A stretch of DNA of 64,000 bases from contig JAUYBG010000019.1 of the NCBI GenBank assembly GCA_030693205.1, forward strand, positions 14,496-78,495. Reading direction: 5' to 3'. Every line of letters begins with the position of its first letter. The stretch's first letter is position 1. The position numbers and the translations under genes were made by a program. This document shows positions 38,222-47,031 of this stretch, one piece after another. The DNA is from a bacterium (GTDB taxonomy: Bacteria > Patescibacteriota > Minisyncoccia > JAHIHE01). The notes below the pieces were generated by a model. It did not search any database, was not told the DNA's origin, and saw only the letters and a list, made by a program, of their open reading frames with translations.

Positions 38222-38659
38222 TTATTTTACTTTATGAAACTCGAATTTTTTCTTCTTATTATTTGGACCATTACTTTGCCCATACAACACTGTATTTATA
38301 GTGTCAGGGCTGGTTTCGTTTATTCTTTTTGTTACCCCTTTCGCATCCTCGACTTGTTTTCTATACATTTTTTTGGGAGACACATGACCCAGAAGCTTTT
38401 CATATATTAAACACCATTCGTGCTGCCATTCAATTGCTTCAACGATTGTCATTTCTTCAAAGAATATTAATAATCTATTTAGCATAAATTCTGCTACTTC
38501 CGGAGGTGCATTAATTAAGTCACAGTGCGCTCCTGGCCAGTAGATTACAACAGTTGGCCTTTTTGTTGTAAAAAAAGTATCTACTATTGATATGGTGTTT
38601 ATCCCTTTCAGGCGGTCATCGGCGCATCCAAAAACAATATTTGCTTCCTTTTTCTTAAT
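38222..38659 (-). CDS. divergent beta-carbonic anhydrase-like protein, probable ATT start
   Basis: Frame stays open upstream of ATG 38485 and adds CADDR; HEWC downstream; AAGGAGAGG lies 6 nt before ATT 38659. Confidence 0.55.
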   Translation of the reverse strand: MKKKEANIVFGCADDRLKGINTISIVDTFFTTKRPTVVIYWPGAHCDLINAPPEVAEFMLNRLLIFFEEMTIVEAIEWQHEWCLIYEKLLGHVSPKKMYRKQVEDAKGVTKRINETSPDTINTVLYGQSNGPNNKKKKFEFHKVK

Positions 38660-38879
38660 TTTAATCCTCTCCTTTAATTTTATTGTTCTTTTTAGCTCAA
38701 TTTATTCGCTTCCAACCCCTCCGTTTTTCATTAGAAGAAAATAAAAAAGCTGTTTTAAAGGAACAACGAAATTATTATACCGCTATTTTTAAAAATGTCA
38801 AGGGTGGCAGGTCGCTATTTTTTAAAGTCTTGATTTGGCAGGGAATATAAGATATGATATAAAAATAGAATGAATCAAT

Positions 38880-38950
38880 GCCCTCTTAGCTTAGTGGTAA
38901 AGCAATGGTATCGTAAACCATGGACGTCAGTTCGATTCTGACAGAGGGCT
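38880..38950 (+). tRNA. tRNA-Thr(CGT)
   Basis: GCCCTCT/AGAGGGC acceptor, ATGGT-AT CGT AA-ACCAT, GTTCGATTC. Confidence 0.9.
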
Positions 38951-38995
38951 CGGTTTAATTATAAAGGGCAATGCTTTTACCCCTCGGGGTATAAA

Positions 38996-39036
38996 CTCCA
39001 AGCAGAGGTCGCGAGTTCGACTCTCGCCTTCGCCTC
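38996..39036 (+). pseudogene. tRNA 3'-half remnant
   Basis: CTCCAA-GCAGA-GGTC-GCGAG TTCGACT CTCGC-CTTCGCCT; no matching 5' half. Confidence 0.6.
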
Positions 39037-39078
39037 TGGTAAAATTAATTTTTAATTGTTAACTGTAAAACCAAAACT

Positions 39079-39501
39079 ATGGAAAAACCAAGCGTGAGAA
39101 TCCTTTATCTTTACGCATTCGCTTTAGTTGGATTAGTGCTAGTGACCTTTGGAGCGGTGCGGCTCTTGGATCTAGGCCTTAAAATGTACGTTTTTAAAAA
39201 AGCGGATCAACCGCAAGACTATAGAAATATGCCGCCCTATCCGCCGATCACGATCAATCAAAAAACAGACGAAGTGAAATATTCGGAAACGATAACTCCG
39301 GAGCAGAAAATTGCCCTCAATAATTGGATTACTGAATTTAAATATTGGAACGAAAACCAAAAAAATATTGACTATCTCGCGAGCAGCCGCCAGAGCACCG
39401 CGTCAAATTCATTCGCGATGATCTTGATCGGTTTGCCGCTTTATCTTTATCATTGGAGGATCGTGAGAAAAGAGGCGAGAGAGAATAACGCGATTTCTTA
39501 A
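39079..39501 (+). CDS. 2-TM hypothetical membrane protein
   Basis: LYLYAFALVGL...LPLYLYHW. Confidence 0.7.
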   Translation: MEKPSVRILYLYAFALVGLVLVTFGAVRLLDLGLKMYVFKKADQPQDYRNMPPYPPITINQKTDEVKYSETITPEQKIALNNWITEFKYWNENQKNIDYLASSRQSTASNSFAMILIGLPLYLYHWRIVRKEARENNAIS

Positions 39502-39574
39502 AAAATAAATTTTAAAACAGCGTATTTTCTTAATTTGTTTTTTTGTGGTATAATCATAAAGAGGAAGCATCCAT

Positions 39575-40672
39575 ATGGAAGAAATTTTATCTCAGATCAA
39601 GGCATTTCAAAAAAGACTTGGCGATTTGGCGATTATTCTTAATCTTCCTAAACTAAAAGCGGAGATCGTCGGATTAGGGCTGGATACGGAGGATCAGGGT
39701 TTTTGGCAAGACCAGGCGAAAGCGAAAGAAACATTGAAAAAAATCGAATTTTCGAAAAAAGAAGTAAGCGGTTTTGAAAATTTAAAAACCGAGCTCGAGG
39801 AACTTGAGGAATTAATCGCTTTGGTCAAAGAAACGCCGGATAAAGATCTGGAAAAAGATATTAAAAAACGTTTCGCGAGCGTTCAAAAAGAATTTCAGGC
39901 TTTTGAATTTAAGACATTGTTCAAGGAAAAATATGATTCATCCTCGGCGATCATGGCGATCCATGCCGGAGCCGGAGGATCAGACGCGCAGGATTGGGCC
40001 GAAATGCTTCTTCGAATGTATTTGCGGTTTTTTGAAAAAATGGGATTTTCAGCGAAAGTTATTGACGAGAGCAGGGGAAAAGAGGCGGGGGTCAAAAGCG
40101 CGGTAATTGATGTTAGTGGGCCTTACGCTTATGGATATTTGCGTTCGGAAGCCGGAGTGCATCGCTTGGTCAGGATTTCTCCTTTTAACGCGGATGCGAT
40201 GCGGCACACATCGTTTGCCCTGGTTGAGGTTTTGCCGGAGATCGGAGAGATCGCGGAAATAAAGATCGACCCCAAAGATCTCAAAATAGATACTTTTAAA
40301 TCTTCCGGTCCGGGCGGACAGTATGTGAACAAGACCGAATCGGCAATCCGGCTTACGCATATTCCTTCTGGTCTGGTGGTGGCGTCGCAGAGTGAAAGAA
40401 GCCAGGCGCAAAACAGGGAAGTGGCGATGAAGATCTTGCGTGCCAAACTGCATCAAAAATATCTGGAAGCTCGTCAGGCGGAAAAGAAAAAAATTCGCGG
40501 AGAGTTCAAGTCCGCCGAGTGGGGAAATCAGATCCGAAGCTACGTCTTGCATCCTTATAAAATGGTCAAAGATCATCGCACGGGGCACGAAACATCCGAT
40601 ACGATAAAAGTATTAGACGGAGATATAATTGATTTTATCGAAGCGTATTTGCGTTATAGCAGTAAAAAATAA
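39575..40672 (+). CDS. prfB: peptide chain release factor 2 (no internal frameshift)
   Basis: SPF specificity motif, GGQ; continuous ORF. Confidence 0.96.
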   Translation: MEEILSQIKAFQKRLGDLAIILNLPKLKAEIVGLGLDTEDQGFWQDQAKAKETLKKIEFSKKEVSGFENLKTELEELEELIALVKETPDKDLEKDIKKRFASVQKEFQAFEFKTLFKEKYDSSSAIMAIHAGAGGSDAQDWAEMLLRMYLRFFEKMGFSAKVIDESRGKEAGVKSAVIDVSGPYAYGYLRSEAGVHRLVRISPFNADAMRHTSFALVEVLPEIGEIAEIKIDPKDLKIDTFKSSGPGGQYVNKTESAIRLTHIPSGLVVASQSERSQAQNREVAMKILRAKLHQKYLEARQAEKKKIRGEFKSAEWGNQIRSYVLHPYKMVKDHRTGHETSDTIKVLDGDIIDFIEAYLRYSSKK

Positions 40673-40694
40673 GTCCGATCAGTAATAAACATAT

Positions 40695-41378
40695 ATGATT
40701 ATTTTTCAGGCGGTTACGAAAAATTACATGAATGATGTCATGTCTCTCGAAGACATCAACCTGACGATTGATCGCGGGGAGTTTGTTTCAATTGTCGGTC
40801 AATCGGGAGCGGGAAAAACTACGCTTCTCAAATTGATGATTATGGAAGAGAAGCCGACAAAGGGAGAAATATTTTTCGACAAGCTGATGCTAAGCAAGAT
40901 CAAGAGATCGTCCTTACCGACATTGAGGCGCAATATCGGGATGGTTTTCCAGGATTTTAAATTAATAAACACAAAAACTGTGTTTGAAAACGTGGCTTTT
41001 GTGCTGGAGGTTCTCGGCAAAACGGAAATAGAAATAAATAAAAGCGTTTCAACCGCTCTCGATATTGTCGGCATAAAAGAAAAAGACAGCTGTTTTCCTC
41101 ATCAATTGTCAGGCGGCGAGCAGCAAAGGGTGGCGATCGCGCGCGCGATCGTGCATCATCCGATCATTTTGATCGCGGACGAACCGACGGGAAATCTCGA
41201 CGTCTTGAACGGATGGGAGATCGTCAAGCTTCTGGTCAAGATCAATGAGCTGGGAACGACGGTTATTCTCGCCACTCATAATCGGGAGATAGTGAACTCT
41301 CTGAATAAGCGGGTAGTCACTCTGGATAAAGGAAGAATTGTGCAAGACCAGGCGACGAATGGAAAATATATAATATAG
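40695..41378 (+). CDS. ftsE: cell division ATP-binding protein FtsE
   Basis: GQSGAGKT, VFQDFKL, LSGGEQQR; adjacent to ftsX. Confidence 0.92.
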   Translation: MIIFQAVTKNYMNDVMSLEDINLTIDRGEFVSIVGQSGAGKTTLLKLMIMEEKPTKGEIFFDKLMLSKIKRSSLPTLRRNIGMVFQDFKLINTKTVFENVAFVLEVLGKTEIEINKSVSTALDIVGIKEKDSCFPHQLSGGEQQRVAIARAIVHHPIILIADEPTGNLDVLNGWEIVKLLVKINELGTTVILATHNREIVNSLNKRVVTLDKGRIVQDQATNGKYII

Positions 41379-41386
41379 TAAACAAT

Positions 41387-41481
41387 GTTCAATTTACAAT
41401 TCTCAATTTTCAATGAATGTTCAATGACCAAATTTTCAATTTAGAAATTAGATAACTTAAAATTAGAAATTAAAAAATTAA
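41387..41481. repeat. degenerate heptamer tandem repeats (TTTCAAT/TTAGAAA type)
   Basis: Low-complexity repeated units between ftsE and ftsX. Confidence 0.5.
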
Positions 41482-41486
41482 ACTCT

Positions 41487-42428
41487 ATGTTTTTTACAAA
41501 ATTAAAAAGAGTTTTTAAAACCGCTATCGTTAATTTTTGGCGCAATGGCTCGATAAATATTGCCACGACCGGCATTATGACCGTCACTCTTTTGTCGATC
41601 AGTATTTTGGTTATTCTGTCATTTTTAGGGAACAGTTTGGTTGAAAATTTCAAGACCAAGATCGATATCAGCGTTTATTTTATTTCCGAAGCTCCGGAGG
41701 CGGATATTTTAAAAGTTAAAGACGAGGTAGCCGCTTTGCCGGAAGTAAGGGAGGTTTTTTATACATCAAAAGACGAAGCCTGGAATAATTTCAAGGCGCA
41801 GTATTCGGATAATTCGGTTATCAGCCAAGGCATCGGAGAACTGGACGAAAATCCGCTTTTTGCCAGCTTAAGCGTTAAGGCAAAAAATATCGATCAATAT
41901 GGAAAAATCAATGAATTTCTTACCGATCCGCGTTTCAAAGACACGATCAAGAAAGTCAGCTTTGACGAGAATGAAATACAAATTAATAAGTTATCGTTGA
42001 TTACCAAGACTGCCCAGAAAGACGGAGCAATAATTATTTTGGTTTTTGTGATTATCTCGCTTTTCGTGGTTTTTAACGCGATCAGGCTTACGATGTATAA
42101 TTATAAGCAGGAGGTAAAAATCATGAATTTAGTGGGAGCGGGGAAGTGGTATATTCAGCTGCCTTTTATAATTGAAGGGGCTCTTTATGGCGTAATAGGA
42201 AGTTTTCTCTCCATATTGATTCTTGCGGGTATGATCTTTTTGACAAAAGAAGTGAAAAATATTGAAGGTTTTCTGTATGGCGGTTCATTGGCCGGTTTTT
42301 TCCAGGGTTCTTTGACTGAATATTTTAAACATAATTTCTTGCTTATTTTCGGGATACAGCTGGTAGTGGGTGTGGCGATCGGGGTTTTGAGCAGTTTGAT
42401 CGCCTTGCGGAAGTATATGAAAATATAA
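41487..42428 (+). CDS. ftsX: cell division permease FtsX
   Basis: ISVYF, EAW..F, ENPL, MNLVGA..YIQLPFIIEG. Confidence 0.92.
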   Translation: MFFTKLKRVFKTAIVNFWRNGSINIATTGIMTVTLLSISILVILSFLGNSLVENFKTKIDISVYFISEAPEADILKVKDEVAALPEVREVFYTSKDEAWNNFKAQYSDNSVISQGIGELDENPLFASLSVKAKNIDQYGKINEFLTDPRFKDTIKKVSFDENEIQINKLSLITKTAQKDGAIIILVFVIISLFVVFNAIRLTMYNYKQEVKIMNLVGAGKWYIQLPFIIEGALYGVIGSFLSILILAGMIFLTKEVKNIEGFLYGGSLAGFFQGSLTEYFKHNFLLIFGIQLVVGVAIGVLSSLIALRKYMKI

Positions 42429-42487
42429 AATTAGAAAAAAATAAAACTCGCCCAATAAGCGAGTTTTTGTATTTTTAAAAATGTATT

Positions 42488-43063
42488 TTATGCGCTTGCT
42501 TTTTTCTTTCTTAAATATGCAAAGTAAACGATAAAAATTACGAGATAATTTAACGCTAAAAACCACGGCGTGCCCCACGACAGGCCGTTAATTTTAAAAT
42601 CAGAGATCGGCCAAAGAAATGGGGTTGAATAGAATGCTGAAGAATGAGTGGGAATATCAATTAAAATATGGAGTATCCAGCCGCCCATTTCAATCGGTAA
42701 AATTTGTGAAACGGAGGTGGCGGGAATTTTTCGTTTAAAATAAAGTATTGCCGTCCAAACTATAGCGACGGCAAGAAGAATAACAAAGCTATGGCTGAAA
42801 GAATAAAGCGTTGAGACAAGCAATAAGATAGAATTGAAGTTTTGTTGAGGCGGCTCGATTTTTTCCGGACCCGGCAGATCCGAAATTGAAATTTTCCCGA
42901 ACATTAATTCAATTATAAGCCAGGCGATAGGAATAGCAAAAGCGAAAAGATCGGGAAATACTCCCCAGAATACCGCCAATTTAAGATTCAGCGGTTTTTT
43001 AAGTTTTTCTTTTAGGGTTTTAAATACTGCCCAAGTCCAAAATATATGCGAGAAAAAATTCAT
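42488..43063 (-). CDS. membrane-bound metal-dependent hydrolase-like (YdjM-type)
   Basis: SH..W, GVFPDL, SHS, HILIDIPTH, PFLWP. Confidence 0.7.
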   Translation of the reverse strand: MNFFSHIFWTWAVFKTLKEKLKKPLNLKLAVFWGVFPDLFAFAIPIAWLIIELMFGKISISDLPGPEKIEPPQQNFNSILLLVSTLYSFSHSFVILLAVAIVWTAILYFKRKIPATSVSQILPIEMGGWILHILIDIPTHSSAFYSTPFLWPISDFKINGLSWGTPWFLALNYLVIFIVYFAYLRKKKASA

Positions 43064-43266
43064 AAGATTCAAAAAAGATTATAGAATCAATATACCATTT
43101 TAAGGAAATCTTAACAAGAAATTTATTGCGGCACAGGCCTTGATTTTTTTGCGATTTTTGGGTAGAATAACTAAGTTAAACCCTAATTAGTATTAATTTT
43201 ATTTATATTCGTCTACTGGTAGGAAAGTTTCTTGCTTTGTTCATCGGAAAATGATAGAATTATCTT

Positions 43267-43980
43267 ATGACCATGCAAACAAGAAAAAACCCTTGGAATA
43301 AGGGTTTTACAAAAGAGAACAATCTGTCAGTTTTGAAGATTTCCAAGACGATGAAGGCAAAGAAAATAGATAATTTTGCCGATTGGAGAAAAAAGAACGT
43401 AGAGAAAGGTTTATTAAAAAGCGAATATCCTGATTTTGAAAAAAACGAAGATTTGGCAGAGCTTATAGGGGTTGTTTTAGGTGACGGGCACATACAATCA
43501 TTTCCAAGGACTGAGCGACTAACCATATCGTCACATTCAAAAAACAAGGGGTTTATTAATAGATATGCTCGCCTTATCGAAAAAGTAATCAAAAAAAAAC
43601 CTTATTGCGAGAAAATCAAAAACGCAAATTGTGTACGAATAAGTATTTACGAGAAATTTATTAGCAAAAGACTAAAAATACCGGTAGGAAATCGTAAAGA
43701 TTTAGTTGCTAAAATTCCTGAATGGATAAGTGCCGATAGAAAGGTTTTAATAGGATATTTACGAGGGCTATATGAAGCGGAAGGTTCTTTTTGCGTCCAT
43801 AAGCCGACTTGTACTTATAAATTTTTGTTTAGTAATTGGAATAAAACTTTATTGGATAATGTTTATGGCGCGTTAAAAATTTTAGGTTTTCATCCCCACA
43901 GAAGCACACATCAGATCCAAGTTTCAAAAAAGGAAGAAGTTTATAAAATTAAAGAATTGATAAAATTCAGGCAGTATTAA
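43267..43980 (+). CDS. free-standing double-motif LAGLIDADG endonuclease-like protein
   Basis: N-terminal PWNKG motif; LAELIGVVLGDGH and YLRGLYEAEGS. Confidence 0.82.
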   Translation: MTMQTRKNPWNKGFTKENNLSVLKISKTMKAKKIDNFADWRKKNVEKGLLKSEYPDFEKNEDLAELIGVVLGDGHIQSFPRTERLTISSHSKNKGFINRYARLIEKVIKKKPYCEKIKNANCVRISIYEKFISKRLKIPVGNRKDLVAKIPEWISADRKVLIGYLRGLYEAEGSFCVHKPTCTYKFLFSNWNKTLLDNVYGALKILGFHPHRSTHQIQVSKKEEVYKIKELIKFRQY

Positions 43981-43984
43981 ATAT

Positions 43985-44055
43985 TGGGAGATCTGCTAAA
44001 GGTAGGCAAGTGGGCTCTGAACCCATTAATCTAGGTTCGATTCCTAGTCTCCCAG
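43985..44055 (+). tRNA. tRNA-Gln(CTG)
   Basis: TGGGAGA/TCTCCCA acceptor, GTGGG-CT CTG AA-CCCAT, GGTTCGATTCC. Confidence 0.92.
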
Positions 44056-44076
44056 CATTATTTTTAAAAATTATTT

Positions 44077-44784
44077 ATGTTTGTAAATGCTATAAAAATT
44101 GCAAGTAAGGCAATGTTTCCAATATTTCGCGTAGAGCAAGTTACATCTTCGCAAATGATAGTTAATGTGGCGGGTACCGGTTTTTTTATAAGTTCTAATG
44201 GTAATTTTATTTCTGTTGCACATGTTTTTGATAATACTACCAATAATCCGAAATATTTTTATTTTGGAAAGCTACCAACAGATTTACAAAGTCCACCTAT
44301 AGAAATTGAGGAAATTATTAGAGATGATTCAAATGATATTTATATTGGCAGAGTTAAGAAAAAAACGGATACTTTTTTTCGATTATCATCAAAATTAGTT
44401 GATATTGGAAGAACTATTTGTATTGGGGGGTATCCTTTAGCTCAAATTACTAACAATAGTCAGGGTGGATTAGAACTTATGGGGGTTAGAAGATACTTTC
44501 AGCCATCTTTTATTTTAGATTATATAAAAGCTAATTCAGATAATGGTGCAGGAAAAATTCGTCTTCATGATGGTTTTATTGTAAGAGATATTGGACTGTT
44601 TGGAATGAGCGGTGGTCCGGTATTTGATACAACTGGAACTTTAGTAGGTATTCAGGGATCTGTCATGCCTCCACGTCAAAGTACTGGAGCGAATGGACGA
44701 ACTATTTCTGTTGAAAATGCGGTAGTTATAAGAAGTAATTTAGTCTTGGATTTTATTAAACATAGAGGAATTAGGATAAATTAA
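44077..44784 (+). CDS. cytoplasmic trypsin-like serine protease
   Basis: GTGFFI, SVAHV (His), NDI (Asp), IGGYP, GMSGGPV (Ser); no signal peptide. Confidence 0.88.
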   Translation: MFVNAIKIASKAMFPIFRVEQVTSSQMIVNVAGTGFFISSNGNFISVAHVFDNTTNNPKYFYFGKLPTDLQSPPIEIEEIIRDDSNDIYIGRVKKKTDTFFRLSSKLVDIGRTICIGGYPLAQITNNSQGGLELMGVRRYFQPSFILDYIKANSDNGAGKIRLHDGFIVRDIGLFGMSGGPVFDTTGTLVGIQGSVMPPRQSTGANGRTISVENAVVIRSNLVLDFIKHRGIRIN

Positions 44785-44802
44785 TTTTTCTAAAATAAAC
44801 TC

Positions 44803-45054
44803 ATGAAATTAAATGAAGAACAAAAGAATGTAGTAATAACAAAATTATCAAATTTTTTCCGCACCTCTTGCATTATTTGTAATGGTAGCGAGTGGTTATT
44901 AAATGATACCATTTATGAGTTAAGAGAATTTATGGGTGGTAGTTTCATTCTTGGCGAAAAAGTGAGCATTTTTCCTGTTTTAGCTGTTTCGTGTAAGTCG
45001 TGTGGCCATACGCACTACTTTAATGCTATTTTAATTGGAGTAGTAAAAAAATAA
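44803..45054 (+). CDS. small Zn-ribbon protein
   Basis: CIIC...CKSCGHT. Confidence 0.7.
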   Translation: MKLNEEQKNVVITKLSNFFRTSCIICNGSEWLLNDTIYELREFMGGSFILGEKVSIFPVLAVSCKSCGHTHYFNAILIGVVKK

Positions 45055-45058
45055 GAAA

Positions 45059-45904
45059 ATGGAAAAAACTAAATCTCCTATAACAATTTCGGAAGAAACA
45101 CAAATTGATCGACCAGTTAGCCGGAAATTTTTTTCAATGGATTATAGAGATTGGTTTCGCTTAAAAAAAATGATAAGTAGAATTTCTGACGGACAGAATT
45201 GGTGGAACAGTCAAAATTGGTGGAGTAATTTTGCGTGGTTTACATCTGCGACAAGCATTTCGTCTCTTTACGCTTATATATCTACTCCCGAAATAGATGT
45301 TAATAAAAAATACTTTTTCTATTTTTGTACCATTTTCTCGTTTATAACGACAATTATTTTATTTTTTGTTGGGCGTAAATTTTCACAGTCTAATTTTGCT
45401 TCTAAAAAAGAAATATTGGAAGAAATGAATGAAATAGAACAGGGCGAAAAAGTTACAAAAGATGATAAAGAAATTGTTGTTGAACCGGAAAAACTCTCCG
45501 ATGTTAAAGAAAAAGTTAAAAAACCGATTTCCCTGATTGTTATGAAAGCGGACAAAGAGGATATGCCTTCCGGAATTTCTAAAAACAAAAATTTTGGCGA
45601 TGGTGCGGTGAATATTAATATTTCCGAAATTATTTTAGGATGGAACAGTATTTTGAAAGGAGTTAAAAATTACGACCATTCGGTTAGTGCTTTTTTGAAA
45701 TTATCTACAGCGAAGGAGATTAAGAAAAATTTACTCGTAATCGCCACGCCTTATAAATTTCACGCGGAAAAATTAAGCGAGCCGGCGAATCGTCTGATAA
45801 TCGAAAAAGTGATTGCTGAAGTTTTTCCGAAAATCTTGGGAATGAAAATACAAGTTATTCAGGATGAAAATATAAAAATAACATCTAAAAGGGTTGAGGA
45901 ATAG
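45059..45904 (+). CDS. 2-TM protein fused to a DnaX (tau) C-terminal domain copy
   Basis: Two hydrophobic helices; 45620-45877 aligns without gaps to dnaX 13218-13475 (53/86 identical by manual count). Confidence 0.8.
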   Translation: MEKTKSPITISEETQIDRPVSRKFFSMDYRDWFRLKKMISRISDGQNWWNSQNWWSNFAWFTSATSISSLYAYISTPEIDVNKKYFFYFCTIFSFITTIILFFVGRKFSQSNFASKKEILEEMNEIEQGEKVTKDDKEIVVEPEKLSDVKEKVKKPISLIVMKADKEDMPSGISKNKNFGDGAVNINISEIILGWNSILKGVKNYDHSVSAFLKLSTAKEIKKNLLVIATPYKFHAEKLSEPANRLIIEKVIAEVFPKILGMKIQVIQDENIKITSKRVEE

Positions 45905-46075
45905 AAATTAGTATTGTGTTATATGGTGATTGCGTTAAGAAAAGGTGTGTTATTCTCGTCAAATAAGTTCCCCGTCTACGCCGAGGCTTCGGTGGACAGG
46001 CAACATCGTCCCACAAGGCCAGCAAAAATATATATGTCAAACAAAATTTGTAGAATTTTAAATGATAATTAATTT

Positions 46076-46921
46076 ATGAAATCACCTATTCAAGCCAAGA
46101 TAAGAGAAAAAGACCTAAAAGCATATAATCTAGCAAAAAAATTTCTGTTGCGTTTGAAAATAAGCGGAGTTACGGAATCTTTAATACAAAAATATCTTAA
46201 TGCTAGTGCGAGTAAGGCGAGATTTAAAAAAATTGAAGATATTTACGGGAATCTATTATTTTCAGCTCAAAATGCTAATATGAAAGCCGGAGTAATAGGT
46301 AGGTCAATGGAAGGGGGTATAGATAATTTAGGCAAAGTGCTTTTCAATTTTAATCCGGAGTTAGTATTAAAAAAATACCAAAATGATTGGAATTATTTAT
46401 TGGATGATATAAAAAAGAAAGTAAAGCCCAATGGTAAGATAAGACGAAGCTCAAGGAGCATTTGGCCTCAATATTGTAGAACAATATTATCTGCCGCTGA
46501 TTTTATTACTCAATTTGCTACTGCTGATGAATTTTACAAGTGGGTGGACTCTTTTGATAGCGATTATCGCAAGAGGCCGGCCTTGCCGATGATTTTGAGT
46601 TATGAAATAGAAGGTTTTGGTTTTGCTTTGGGTTGCGATTTTCTAAAGGATCTTGGTTATATAAATTTCGGCAAACCGGATGTTCATATAAGGGATATAT
46701 TTGAAGCTTTAAAATTGTGTTCTAAAAACGCAGATGATTATTTATTATTTAAAACAATTGTAAGAATTGCCCAAAATGTAGGAAAATCTCCTTATGAAGT
46801 AGACAAATTATTTTGGCTGATTGGAAGTGGATATTTTTATGACGATCCGCATATTGGAAACGAGGGCAGAACTGGCAGGCATAAAGCCCCATTTATCAGG
46901 TATGCTAAAAAATATTTGTAA
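46076..46921 (+). CDS. HhH-GPD/DNA-glycosylase-like hypothetical protein
   Basis: IEGFGFALGCDFLKDLG..KPDVH..EVDKLFW resembles HhH plus catalytic Asp. Confidence 0.55.
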   Translation: MKSPIQAKIREKDLKAYNLAKKFLLRLKISGVTESLIQKYLNASASKARFKKIEDIYGNLLFSAQNANMKAGVIGRSMEGGIDNLGKVLFNFNPELVLKKYQNDWNYLLDDIKKKVKPNGKIRRSSRSIWPQYCRTILSAADFITQFATADEFYKWVDSFDSDYRKRPALPMILSYEIEGFGFALGCDFLKDLGYINFGKPDVHIRDIFEALKLCSKNADDYLLFKTIVRIAQNVGKSPYEVDKLFWLIGSGYFYDDPHIGNEGRTGRHKAPFIRYAKKYL

Positions 46922-47031
46922 TTAAGGGGGCGATGTTTTTGAAAGCATATTTTTTAACTAAATAGGTTCCAGCATCGCCCCATAAGACCAATATTATTTA
47001 GAAATTTTAAAATAAATAAAACAATAAATTT

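Noticed and set aside
43267-43980. Intein or group I intron
   Set aside because: No host gene, no splice-junction residues and no recognisable intron core in the flanks.
45059-45904. Second functional dnaX or a simple dnaX pseudogene
   Set aside because: It lacks all AAA+ domains, and the fragment is in-frame in an intact ORF with an unrelated TM N-terminus, so it is treated as a fusion.
27600-47000. Prophage or integron
   Set aside because: No integrase, structural genes or convincing attC (RYYYAAC/GTTRRRY) sites.
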